DNA from: a plasmid
NCBI RefSeq assembly: GCF_054482525.1
Contig: NZ_JBTHVG010000004.1
DNA length: 64,000 nt
Strand: one strand, 5' to 3'
In this document: positions 39,354 to 48,139 of the stretch, piece after piece
How the letters are laid out: each line of letters starts with the position of its first letter
Position numbering within the stretch: position 1 is the stretch's first letter
Translations under genes and position numbers: made by a program
The notes under the pieces: model-generated
Databases searched by the model: none
The model's input: the letters and a program-made list of their open reading frames with translations, nothing else
Told to the model about the DNA's origin: nothing

Positions 39354-40445
39354 TCATTTATCAATGGGTGTTATTACCACCGGTAGTTTGTTTACGTCTT
39401 CTAAATTAACTGGTACCGGAGGTAACCATATTAATCTAGGTTTACGCTCATGGGCTAGTTCTGGTTTCTTACTTCCTGTCCAGTATGTATGCCAGTGTCC
39501 CCGGCGTATATGAGGACGTTTGCTACCTATTGTTGTCCGCTCTTTCCCTGTGGGTTCTGCTTGGCGATATTGCCGTATGGCTTGCCCCATTCGAATACCA
39601 ACGTCCCACTCCCGAATGTTTTGTGCTGGTAGTTCATGGTGAGTGTGAACATGCTTTTTGTGCTTTTCTGACCGTTTAAATTGATTTTTTTCTTTTATAT
39701 CATTGATCTGTGAACAGATATAAAGCACCATTGATATCTGTGCGTTAAGAAGATTAAACTCCCTGTCTCTGAAATCTTTGAGCTTTTCGTTAACTGTTAC
39801 GACGACTTCACCATCGATACACTCCATCTTTCTGGAGTCAAGAAGTCCTTCACGAGAGTCCTTTATTCTGATGATATTATTGACGACGTCAACATCCTTT
39901 TCTTTTAGCCCTGTAGTTCCTTGACTTTGTTTCAGATCATCAATAATGAAAAGCCGGATAATATTTCCATTATTGTCCAAAAATGGATAAAAGAAAAATC
40001 CATGTATCGGATAGGACGTAGGAAGTATAGTATGCAGATTTTCGGCTGAAACATAGATACTCCATGAAGGGAGTTCCTTGAGGATCTGTGCAGGAATGTT
40101 ATCAACATAGGTGTTAGCCACATCACTGATGATGTCCTCGCTTAGGCGATAAATTTTCTTTGTATAGCGCCAGTATATAAAACACAAAATACTGTGTGGT
40201 GACGATAATTCGTTTCCATGAAATAAAGATTCTAGTTTAGAAGCCAGTTCTTCATTTTTTTGTTGGCTCTGGAGACGACTCATTAGTATGCGTTCTTCAT
40301 CTTTTCTGTCGATAAATAATAATGGATTGTCGCTGCGTTTTTTATTTCGGCATGCAAAGATTTGCTCTTCAAGCCCAGGGATTGTGTTGATGACTTTTTT
40401 TATCTTTTTCAGGAAAATAGGTTGTTTTAACTGCGACATTTCCAT
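39354..40445 (-). CDS. Hypothetical protein, AT-rich cargo; C-terminal motif shared with 4713..5765 product
   Basis: 363 aa; SD aggagatggaaATG; C-terminal TGKERTTIGSKRPHIRRGHWHTYW...RLIWLPPVPVN. Confidence 0.6.
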   Translation of the reverse strand: MEMSQLKQPIFLKKIKKVINTIPGLEEQIFACRNKKRSDNPLLFIDRKDEERILMSRLQSQQKNEELASKLESLFHGNELSSPHSILCFIYWRYTKKIYRLSEDIISDVANTYVDNIPAQILKELPSWSIYVSAENLHTILPTSYPIHGFFFYPFLDNNGNIIRLFIIDDLKQSQGTTGLKEKDVDVVNNIIRIKDSREGLLDSRKMECIDGEVVVTVNEKLKDFRDREFNLLNAQISMVLYICSQINDIKEKNQFKRSEKHKKHVHTHHELPAQNIREWDVGIRMGQAIRQYRQAEPTGKERTTIGSKRPHIRRGHWHTYWTGSKKPELAHERKPRLIWLPPVPVNLEDVNKLPVVITPIDK

Positions 40446-40561
40446 CTCCTAAGGGGATTCTTTTATTAACTAAAATCAGCATAACATGCGTTGTTGTGAA
40501 GTAGAGAACCATGTATTGGGTTGGTTGTTAACTTCAAAAACAACGCTGAATCATTCAAATA

Positions 40562-40731
40562 ATAAAAGGATTGTTACAGATACGAAAGTCGTTAGAATAG
40601 CTGCGGGCGCTTGAGGCTGTATGCCGAAAGCGTTTTGTGGACGGTATACAGCAGAAAGCCCCTGGAGATTTTTTTATCAATCAACCAAGGGCTCTACTGT
40701 AATGCCTCAACAACATTATAGTAGCCCGATA
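40562..40731 (+). repeat. pnd leader copy 2 (functional copy upstream of pndA)
   Basis: direct repeat of 39141-39310. Confidence 0.6.
40570..40640 (-). ncRNA. pndB: Putative PndB (Sok-like) antisense RNA region
   Basis: inferred only from hok/sok organisation (antisense to leader around the mok start); no promoter mapped. Confidence 0.25.
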
Positions 40732-40905
40732 ACCGCCGGAAGGCAATGGAGGGGCTATGATGCCACAGCGAACGTTTTTAATGATGTTAATCGTCGTCTG
40801 TGTGACGATTCTGTGTTTTGTCTGGATGGTGAGGGATTCGCTTTGCGGACTCCGGCTCCAGCAGGGAAACACAGTGCTTGTGGCAACGTTAGCCTACGAA
40901 GTTAA
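40621..40905 (+). CDS. pndC: PndC (Mok-like overlapping leader frame)
   Basis: 94 aa frame overlapping pndA in +1 register, as in mok/hok. Confidence 0.45.
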   Translation: MPKAFCGRYTAESPWRFFYQSTKGSTVMPQQHYSSPITAGRQWRGYDATANVFNDVNRRLCDDSVFCLDGEGFALRTPAPAGKHSACGNVSLRS

Positions 40906-40912
40906 ACGTTAA
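40757..40912 (+). CDS. pndA: PndA, Hok-family type I toxin
   Basis: manual translation MMPQRTFLMMLIVVCVTILCFVWMVRDSLCGLRLQQGNTVLVATLAYEVKR; SD ggagg; not in ORF track because under 60 aa. Confidence 0.85.
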   Translation: MMPQRTFLMMLIVVCVTILCFVWMVRDSLCGLRLQQGNTVLVATLAYEVKR

Positions 40913-40921
40913 CGGGCAACA

Positions 40922-40952
40922 CGGCGGCAGGTTTTCTGCCGCCGCTTTGTTG
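40922..40952 (+). terminator. Rho-independent terminator after pndA
   Basis: ggcggcag-gttttc-tgccgccg followed by ctttgttg. Confidence 0.5.
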
Positions 40953-40983
40953 CGAAGGCTGACCTCATTGCGCCCTTTCTTCT

Positions 40984-41235
40984 TCAATGAAGCGTATCTG
41001 GTATTGTTTCATTTTCCCTGAAGCCGATTAGCTCCAGCCGAATGCCTTTGCCATCGGGGGCCACGTTCTGCATTTCGCAGATACCACGTCGGGTCATGAG
41101 TGTGAAGGCTGTCATTGCCAGCATGGCTAACGCGTTTTCCTCGCTTCCGCTGCGTTTCTCGAGAGCATCGGCAATTTCTTCTATGCTCCCCACCTGAAAG
41201 CAAGAGTCGAATTCTTTACTCCACTTTTCTGACAT
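40984..41235 (-). CDS. Hypothetical small protein
   Basis: 83 aa. Confidence 0.4.
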   Translation of the reverse strand: MSEKWSKEFDSCFQVGSIEEIADALEKRSGSEENALAMLAMTAFTLMTRRGICEMQNVAPDGKGIRLELIGFRENETIPDTLH

Positions 41236-41388
41236 CGGATTTTCTCTCTGTATTTATGGGTAGTTATCGAACTGAATGTGCCAGTTTTTTCAGGAGACGG
41301 CAAAGTTGAGATGATTGGTTCTGATTCAAAGCATGAGTTTCCCCGGTGTGACGGGCATGTCGGGCGGATTTTGAGAAACAACAGATGT

Positions 41389-41419
41389 AAAAAAACCGAC
41401 TGGTGAGGTCGGTTTTTTT
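41389..41419. terminator. Bidirectional terminator-like hairpin
   Basis: aaaaaaaccgac-tggtgag-gtcggttttttt. Confidence 0.5.
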
Positions 41420-41723
41420 ACTGTTCCGTTACAGAGTGGGTGGCTCTGGTCGGAAAAGAACTGTCTATAACTGACTTGTAGATAGTACGTCTGGAATTAT
41501 ATTTCTGCAAGTACTGGATAAGTGTATACTCGGCATGTCAGCTCTGAGGCATGTTCTGTCCGACATATTGTTCAGCGGGAAGAACAGGTTGCAAGTCCTG
41601 GCCAAAACATCAGGTGGTGCTGGTTTTGGTGCTCTGGTCGGAGAAGAACTGTCTATAACTGACACTATAGAAACCGTTGTGACAGGCAGTGTAAGAGCGA
41701 ACAACGGGGTTCTTTCTCCAGTG

Positions 41724-41831
41724 ATGGAGAAGCGGATGATTAATCTGTTAATCATCGTTCTCAGGGCAGTAGTTGCCGTTGCAAACGCGCTGATTGCTGT
41801 TCTGGAACTGATCCGGGAACTTATCGACTGA
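41724..41831 (+). CDS. Small hydrophobic peptide, TisB-like type I toxin candidate
   Basis: MEKRMINLLIIVLRAVVAVANALIAVLELIRELID; GGAG 7 nt upstream of the second ATG (41736); long repeat-containing 5' region. Confidence 0.3.
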   Translation: MEKRMINLLIIVLRAVVAVANALIAVLELIRELID

Positions 41832-41895
41832 TAAGCCTGGAAACGTAACTAAGGGCAGGGAGTTACCGCTTCCTGCCCTTTAACAAAAAGAGATC

Positions 41896-42072
41896 TCACG
41901 TTAAAAATTTGTACCCTTCTTTAACTTCCAGTGCCTGCTCCTTTGACTCAAACATCAGTCTTGTTTTCCCGGGAACACCCCATGAAATGTATTCAACATC
42001 TATCCACCATTTTCCATATTCTTCATATGGCTCGGATATTACTTTTTTGACAAAGGCGTCTACCAGATTCAT
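41896..42072 (-). CDS. Hypothetical small protein
   Basis: 58 aa from internal Met MNLVDAFVKK.. with SD aggaaaaaacaATG. Confidence 0.35.
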   Translation of the reverse strand: MNLVDAFVKKVISEPYEEYGKWWIDVEYISWGVPGKTRLMFESKEQALEVKEGYKFLT

Positions 42073-42463
42073 TGTTTTTTCCTTTTTGTGTTGAAAATAA
42101 TTAATGCCAGAGCACAGCGAAAATAATGAATGCGCTGGCTGTGATAATTGCGATTTTCTCCCATATGATATTTTTCTCATGGGGGTTTCTACGGAGATTA
42201 TTTCTTCGCATTGAGATACCGGTATTCATGTTTTATCTTGGATTTTTGTTTTGTTGTCTGTCTGGCAGGCTGTTCTGCGCCCGTTTGTGACAAGGTTAGC
42301 TTATGGGGTTAAATGGTCACGGACATCATGCGGACGGTTCCCTGTCACATGCCATCTGGTTTTTTCATTCAAATTGAGAGATATTGCTAAGTTGAGTCGC
42401 TTGCGATAGTGGACTCCTGTTTGCAAGTGAGTGCCATTGTTTATTTCATGAAGAGGATTGATT

Positions 42464-42673
42464 ATGAGCATGCCTCCTGCGATAGCTAATACTTTCTTGT
42501 TTGAAATGATGAAGAGTAAATCAAAAGACGTTACACTTGCTGCGATCTATGCATTAGGTGAAGGCCGGTGTCAGGCGGAGAACATTACTCGTGAATTACA
42601 TAGATTGAGTCAAAGTGATGATATGGAAATAAAAATTGCTGCGATTAAAGCACTTGGTCGAATTTATCGGTAA
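42464..42673 (+). CDS. Hypothetical small protein
   Basis: 69 aa from ATG 42464 (track ORF starts at TTG); SD agagga. Confidence 0.3.
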   Translation: MSMPPAIANTFLFEMMKSKSKDVTLAAIYALGEGRCQAENITRELHRLSQSDDMEIKIAAIKALGRIYR

Positions 42674-42744
42674 CGGCATAAGTTATCTGTTGTAATGAAC
42701 AAAAGCCGGCTCATTTGAACCGGCTGTTATGGAGGGAGCTTATC

Positions 42745-43407
42745 TTAAAATACTTCGGCTACAGGTATGCCTGCAATCTGCTCCCACTCCTTACGCTTTT
42801 CCTGAATCAGGCGAGGAAAGTCGACAGGGTAATCATATCCTCGACTTGCCATCGCGTGCATGGTGTTTGATGCGGTTTCTGGATGAGTACACCATGATGG
42901 AATAGGAACCATTGGCAGGTTGATGTATTTCGTATGAATTTCCAGTGTTTTGTCGTCTGTTACAGTACGAGTGAAATTATGAATGTCAAAACCGATAACA
43001 TCCATAATGTTGCCTGGATAAATACGGACATACAACATTGTGCCATTTTTAAGGTCAATACCGAAATAAGCTCCCTGAGTTAAAGATAATCCTTCATACC
43101 CCTTCTCTGGAGAGTAGAAGCCTGACTCTTTTATTGTTTGTACAACTTTTCTTATTTTTTCTCTCCTTGTTTTTGCACGTGAGTACATCCATATGCCTGG
43201 CGCAAGTAATAAGAACCAACTACCAAAAGTGACAACATAATCTTCGACCTTATTTCCGAAATAACGATCAGAACATAGCATTTCGGTAAAGCCTAATGCG
43301 CAGAACAGAAAAAAAGGTATTCCAAGAAAGAAATAAGCTTTTCTTAATACATAATAAAATAGCCACCAGGTTGGAAATCTGTCTGTTGTTTCTTTTTTAG
43401 CTTTCAT
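42745..43407 (-). CDS. excA: Entry exclusion protein ExcA (membrane)
   Basis: 220 aa; N-terminal TM segments; position between pnd and traY. Confidence 0.7.
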   Translation of the reverse strand: MKAKKETTDRFPTWWLFYYVLRKAYFFLGIPFFLFCALGFTEMLCSDRYFGNKVEDYVVTFGSWFLLLAPGIWMYSRAKTRREKIRKVVQTIKESGFYSPEKGYEGLSLTQGAYFGIDLKNGTMLYVRIYPGNIMDVIGFDIHNFTRTVTDDKTLEIHTKYINLPMVPIPSWCTHPETASNTMHAMASRGYDYPVDFPRLIQEKRKEWEQIAGIPVAEVF

Positions 43408-43477
43408 ATAATGCCTCCCCTCGTACTATCTATTATTTTAATGCCGATGGGGAGGTTGTGCAATATTTATATTGATA

Positions 43478-45715
43478 TTATCCTTTTATTCCGTCCTTGT
43501 CGTCACTTCCTTTTGTATTATCTTTAAGACGATCTGTTTTCATTCCAGGAGTATGTCGGATATTGCGACTTCCTCCAATAAATATTTCTTTAACAGAATT
43601 TGCCATGCTGCCAAGCGTGTTGGCTCCATCACGTCCCCCTAGGAAGTTAATAACATGATCAGGTAGGTAGGCCTGAAGGGCAAATATGGCAGCTACAGTG
43701 GTTGTACAAATTCTGGCGTATATCAGCAAGAAACCAGCAAGACTGAAAATACCGGTCAGCGAATTGAACTGTACGTTAACCAGGGCAGCGCCAAATAATG
43801 CATTCAGTATTGTGCCTACGGCGATGATGGCTACAGAAGCAAAGAAAAAACCAAAGACCATGATGGGCGGCCTTATCATACTATCAATTAAGTATATATA
43901 ACCGTAGGCTGCCCGACTTCCTCTGTCTTCTGATGTCCCGAGATGTGTTGCAGCCCACAGCGGCCCGGCGGTACATCCTATTAATACGCTGACTATCCAG
44001 TTCCCGATGCCTGTCATCCAGAAAATAAACGGAATGAATGGCAGGTAAATTGATAAGGAAAATCCAGCACAGAACATCAGGAACAAAAGAAAATAAACAG
44101 GTGGTGCAAGTGCTTCAAACAGCGCGGTAAGCATCGAAGCGGCACCTGTTAGTGAGTTAAAGAATTTTACAAGAATTGAATCTTTGCCACCGGCAACGAC
44201 AACTCTGGCCGTTGTATATATAGTCCAGATTCCTTCTGCACTTACCATTGTTATATCTCCGATATTTTTCATTTTTATCAGAGGATTAATTTGAGCACTG
44301 GTTGTGCCTGTGCCACTTGTTTCCGTTGCAATCCTGTTAGTGAGACTAACAAGGGGGCCCATAATTTCAGACAAGGCAGATTTCGGATCTTGTGCATTTG
44401 CCATGCGTTGTTCACTGGATGATACTACTGTGCCCAGCGGTGGCGTATAGGAGGAATTCTGCAGTTGCGTCCTATAGGCACTCATGACCGCACTGAATAA
44501 GTCAGTATCACCAACTTCTCCCAGTGATGACATTGAAGTTACAGCTGGAGCTCTGTCAGCCAGCTCTGCCAGACGCTGGTTAGCAGTGGCAAAGGTCTGA
44601 TACCATGCGCCAAGCGTTACCCACCCGTAGGTTGTGAGATAAGATTTAAGAGCCTCTTTTCTGGATTGCTCTCCGTTATCAGTGGGTAGCGATTTTTGCA
44701 CAGCACGTTCGTATTCGTCGGCTGCTTTCTGAATTCGTGTCTCGATATCCGGCAGTGTTCCGTTGCCAGAATTTCTTTTTTCCAGAAATGTTGTCACAAA
44801 CTCACTGGCAGCGTTGTCCATGTCGCTAATCATATTATCCATGGCTGCACGTTGTGCTGAGATAACACCGCTGTATTCGTTTTTACTGAAGGGATTAAAG
44901 AATTTTCCAATCGTCGACTGATCTGTTGTTCCGTTCCCTTCTACTGACAGGCTGGCAGTACCACAGATACCGCTGCCATTGGATATTGTGACAGTGTAAT
45001 TACCACTGGCGGTTTTAGCTGATTCTGTCATCAGTGAAGTCGAGGATTTGGCCGTCTGATTAAAATCATTTAGCCCTGCGTTAACCGCATACTTACACAG
45101 TTCCATTTCAAAAATGCCACGCGCTGCTGTTCGTGTGGATGCCTGAACTGGCTGTACAGTCATTGAATAACCATTTGCGATATTATCAGCGGCAACTTGC
45201 ACCATCACATTGGCGGACCCAACCCCCATTATCGATGCGCCCCATAACATAATGAGCTGAGCGAGACTCCAGCCATTTCCGGTAGGAACGATCATCAGAA
45301 AACCTGCGACGAAACTCAGTATGCCGACAATATCGCGCCCGACGCTGAATACCTGTCCCTGATGCCCCGAACGCACAACATGGCGGATACTAATGAAGAT
45401 ACACCAGACGATAGCAAGTACGGCAATGATATTGTTGAACACCCAGAACATGCTTCCGATCAGGGTGGGGTCGCTGGTTGACAGTGGATTGGTGACCACA
45501 TCACCGAATATCGTGACCAGCGCCTGGCGGGACAGATCGTCAGGATTGGTGGCGGCAGACACAATATCCTGATAGGTCACTGAAGCCATTGCCGGCAGTG
45601 AGGATATAGCAAGGCCTGCACAGAGTGCGCGAAGTAAAATTTTCACAGTAACTCCGGAATAGAATTGCGTATGGGCAAAGGCCACACAGGATTTAATTAA
45701 GGGGGATGGCGACAT
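43478..45715 (-). CDS. traY: TraY, polytopic inner membrane protein (DotA-like)
   Basis: 745 aa with many hydrophobic segments. Confidence 0.85.
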   Translation of the reverse strand: MSPSPLIKSCVAFAHTQFYSGVTVKILLRALCAGLAISSLPAMASVTYQDIVSAATNPDDLSRQALVTIFGDVVTNPLSTSDPTLIGSMFWVFNNIIAVLAIVWCIFISIRHVVRSGHQGQVFSVGRDIVGILSFVAGFLMIVPTGNGWSLAQLIMLWGASIMGVGSANVMVQVAADNIANGYSMTVQPVQASTRTAARGIFEMELCKYAVNAGLNDFNQTAKSSTSLMTESAKTASGNYTVTISNGSGICGTASLSVEGNGTTDQSTIGKFFNPFSKNEYSGVISAQRAAMDNMISDMDNAASEFVTTFLEKRNSGNGTLPDIETRIQKAADEYERAVQKSLPTDNGEQSRKEALKSYLTTYGWVTLGAWYQTFATANQRLAELADRAPAVTSMSSLGEVGDTDLFSAVMSAYRTQLQNSSYTPPLGTVVSSSEQRMANAQDPKSALSEIMGPLVSLTNRIATETSGTGTTSAQINPLIKMKNIGDITMVSAEGIWTIYTTARVVVAGGKDSILVKFFNSLTGAASMLTALFEALAPPVYFLLFLMFCAGFSLSIYLPFIPFIFWMTGIGNWIVSVLIGCTAGPLWAATHLGTSEDRGSRAAYGYIYLIDSMIRPPIMVFGFFFASVAIIAVGTILNALFGAALVNVQFNSLTGIFSLAGFLLIYARICTTTVAAIFALQAYLPDHVINFLGGRDGANTLGSMANSVKEIFIGGSRNIRHTPGMKTDRLKDNTKGSDDKDGIKG

Positions 45716-45742
45716 GCCACTGGTACTGGCATCTGGACGTGA

Positions 45743-46327
45743 TCAGTATTGTTTACTGGTTACGGCAATTAATGTGGCATTGCGCCAGCCATTGCGGTCG
45801 TTCAGAAAATCACGGAAAGTCCCCTGCTCGGGTTCGCTGACTTTTCGTTCATGCAACTGCCAGAGGCGGTATGTAACAATCAGTGCTCTGGAAGCACAAA
45901 GAGCGACGCCTGACAGTATCAACACAAGAGTGCTGATGGCGCGTACCAGAGTCGTAAGAGGTAATGAAGAGGCGGCAAAGAGCATACCACTGAGAAACAA
46001 AGCGATGGCCAGCAGACTCCAGCAACAGAATCGCCATACTGTTCTGCGCCGGCGGAAACGACGATCCAGATCGTCTACTGACATATGGCTGGCCTGCAGA
46101 GCTTCTTCCCACGTGAGGTGGAGTTGCGCCTTTTTATTATTTACCTGACGAAATCTGTCCAGCCTGCGTTTTTGTTGTTCCAGCATATGCTGTACAGAAT
46201 TCGTTATCAGGCGAGTCTCCATCAGCGGAACAAAAATGTTAATAATCCTCCGGGTGGCTATGCGGGTTATGGATGGTGATTTTTTGACGTTTTTCGTCTG
46301 GTCTGAATTTTCCGGTAACTTATTCAT
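45743..46327 (-). CDS. traX: TraX
   Basis: 194 aa; membrane segment; gene order. Confidence 0.7.
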   Translation of the reverse strand: MNKLPENSDQTKNVKKSPSITRIATRRIINIFVPLMETRLITNSVQHMLEQQKRRLDRFRQVNNKKAQLHLTWEEALQASHMSVDDLDRRFRRRRTVWRFCCWSLLAIALFLSGMLFAASSLPLTTLVRAISTLVLILSGVALCASRALIVTYRLWQLHERKVSEPEQGTFRDFLNDRNGWRNATLIAVTSKQY

Positions 46328-46355
46328 TTTTTCAGTCCTGTTCTGACGTCAGCTT

Positions 46356-47558
46356 TCAACGTGCGTTTGCCTGATTGATTGTTTTCTCAAGGCTACCGAG
46401 TTGTTTTTCATAATACTGGCGGGCAGTCAGAGCCAGTTGCTGGCCAGAGATAACATTACCCTGGCGGATCTGTTCTTTCAGATCGTTCAGCTGCCAGTTC
46501 ATTTGCGCAGTGATTCTTACCAGTTCACGGAGCAGGTTATCCCCCTGCATTTCCTGTAAATCCACCAGGTATGCTGTGTTGGCGTAGCGCCGGCCAGCCT
46601 CAAAAGCTTCAAACTCACGGGTACTCATATATCCCCGTGCTTTTGCTTCTGGTGAAGCCACCTGGTCGAAGTAAGCGGCCGCTGAGTCTGACTGCAGTGT
46701 TTCAGCCAGTGCTTTACGTGTGCTTTCATTAGGCGTGCTGTCAGCAATCAACGTCAGTTGGGGATTCGACGCAGAATCAATGATGCCGTTGTATTCGTTC
46801 TGGAGTCCGACGTAGGTTCGCCCACTCTGGGTATTCACTTCTCCTTTACCCAGAGCACGACCGGCAGAGGGGCGGGAAGTGTTTTTCATGTAAGCCGTCG
46901 CTGCATCTATTTGCTTCTGATCCCATGTCAGTGCCGCAGGTGTGTCCGCTGTACCTGCGCCGTGGTAAATCGAGCGTACCTGACTGTCTCCACCTGGTAT
47001 TTCGCCCACAGAAGGACAAACGGCGGTTCCTCCAAAACGTGCATATTCTGCTTCTGTACAGTAACTGGCGTGTATGGCCGCGCCATCATAAGCTTCCCGC
47101 ACGGGAGAGTTTGCTGCGCTGGCCAGACGGTCGCGGATGCTACGGTTGCTCACACCGCCACCTTTACTGAGTTTTGAGGCTGCGGATGCTGAGGCACTTT
47201 TGCTTTCTGTTGCAATCCCTGATGCGGATTCACTGCAGATGGAGTCTGGCACGGTGAAGCTTTTCCGTGCCTCCTCGAGGCGCTGAGTTTCATTACTGAA
47301 AATCATCTGCTGACGTGTCGCCTGTCCGTTCTGGGCAATGACACTTGCCAGCTTTTCAGAGTTCTGATTGATAGCGGTACCCGTGGCTGTCTGGGTACTC
47401 AGTATGTCACTCAGCACACCTTTGATGGCCTCCATTCTGGGGACGACCTGCTGTTCAACGGGACGGCTGGCGACGACGGTGACTGAATAAGCATGAGCCT
47501 GGTATGCCGTTCCATTCAGGATAGCTATAAGGGCTGCGAGTAATGTTTTTCTTTGCAT
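46356..47558 (-). CDS. traW: TraW (secreted/lipoprotein component)
   Basis: 400 aa; N-terminal signal peptide. Confidence 0.75.
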   Translation of the reverse strand: MQRKTLLAALIAILNGTAYQAHAYSVTVVASRPVEQQVVPRMEAIKGVLSDILSTQTATGTAINQNSEKLASVIAQNGQATRQQMIFSNETQRLEEARKSFTVPDSICSESASGIATESKSASASAASKLSKGGGVSNRSIRDRLASAANSPVREAYDGAAIHASYCTEAEYARFGGTAVCPSVGEIPGGDSQVRSIYHGAGTADTPAALTWDQKQIDAATAYMKNTSRPSAGRALGKGEVNTQSGRTYVGLQNEYNGIIDSASNPQLTLIADSTPNESTRKALAETLQSDSAAAYFDQVASPEAKARGYMSTREFEAFEAGRRYANTAYLVDLQEMQGDNLLRELVRITAQMNWQLNDLKEQIRQGNVISGQQLALTARQYYEKQLGSLEKTINQANAR

Positions 47559-48139
47559 TTTATTGTCTCCTGCTCGGGGTGGAGCACAAGGTCAGGAAGG
47601 CTGTCGTATTTTCTGTCTTCAGGTAGTGGGGCCAGTGGGAAACACTGATATCGCCTGGTGATATAACCTTTCCTGTTCCGGTTATCGATGATGCTGAAAG
47701 AACGACGTCTGACGCGCCGTAAGGTGGAAGGGTCAGTATCCATTACAGGCCAGTCACCGGCACTCAGTGCCGGCGTTCCGGGAACGGATGGCCATAACCA
47801 GGTATCATCGGACATCAGCGAAGCCAGCGGTGAAGGGAGTATCCACTGGATGACATGCTGAACGTCGAATGGTGCTTCATCCGGGACAGAAACCTGCCAT
47901 ATTGCCGTTGTTATCAGCTCATCTGTGCTGGACGGCAACAACAGCCGCATGCCTGTAACCTTTCCCTGTGTTCTGGCATCCGAGGCGTATATCACTCTGG
48001 GATTGGGGGCCGGATGTAACCTGAAGACACGTGACGGCAGAGTGAATGAGAAACTGTCACCTTTTACCTCAAGTTTTTTAAGAAATACCTGCCCTCTGGC
48101 AGGTCTCCGGCAGCGTGGGGTGATATGAATTGTACACAT
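47525..48139 (-). CDS. traV: TraV
   Basis: 204 aa; gene order. Confidence 0.7.
   Translation of the reverse strand: MCTIHITPRCRRPARGQVFLKKLEVKGDSFSFTLPSRVFRLHPAPNPRVIYASDARTQGKVTGMRLLLPSSTDELITTAIWQVSVPDEAPFDVQHVIQWILPSPLASLMSDDTWLWPSVPGTPALSAGDWPVMDTDPSTLRRVRRRSFSIIDNRNRKGYITRRYQCFPLAPLPEDRKYDSLPDLVLHPEQETIKCKEKHYSQPL

Noticed and set aside
41465-41755. 96 aa minus-strand ORF opposite the TisB-like peptide region
   Set aside because: No ribosome-binding site; runs through the direct repeats and the candidate small-peptide gene; likely spurious.
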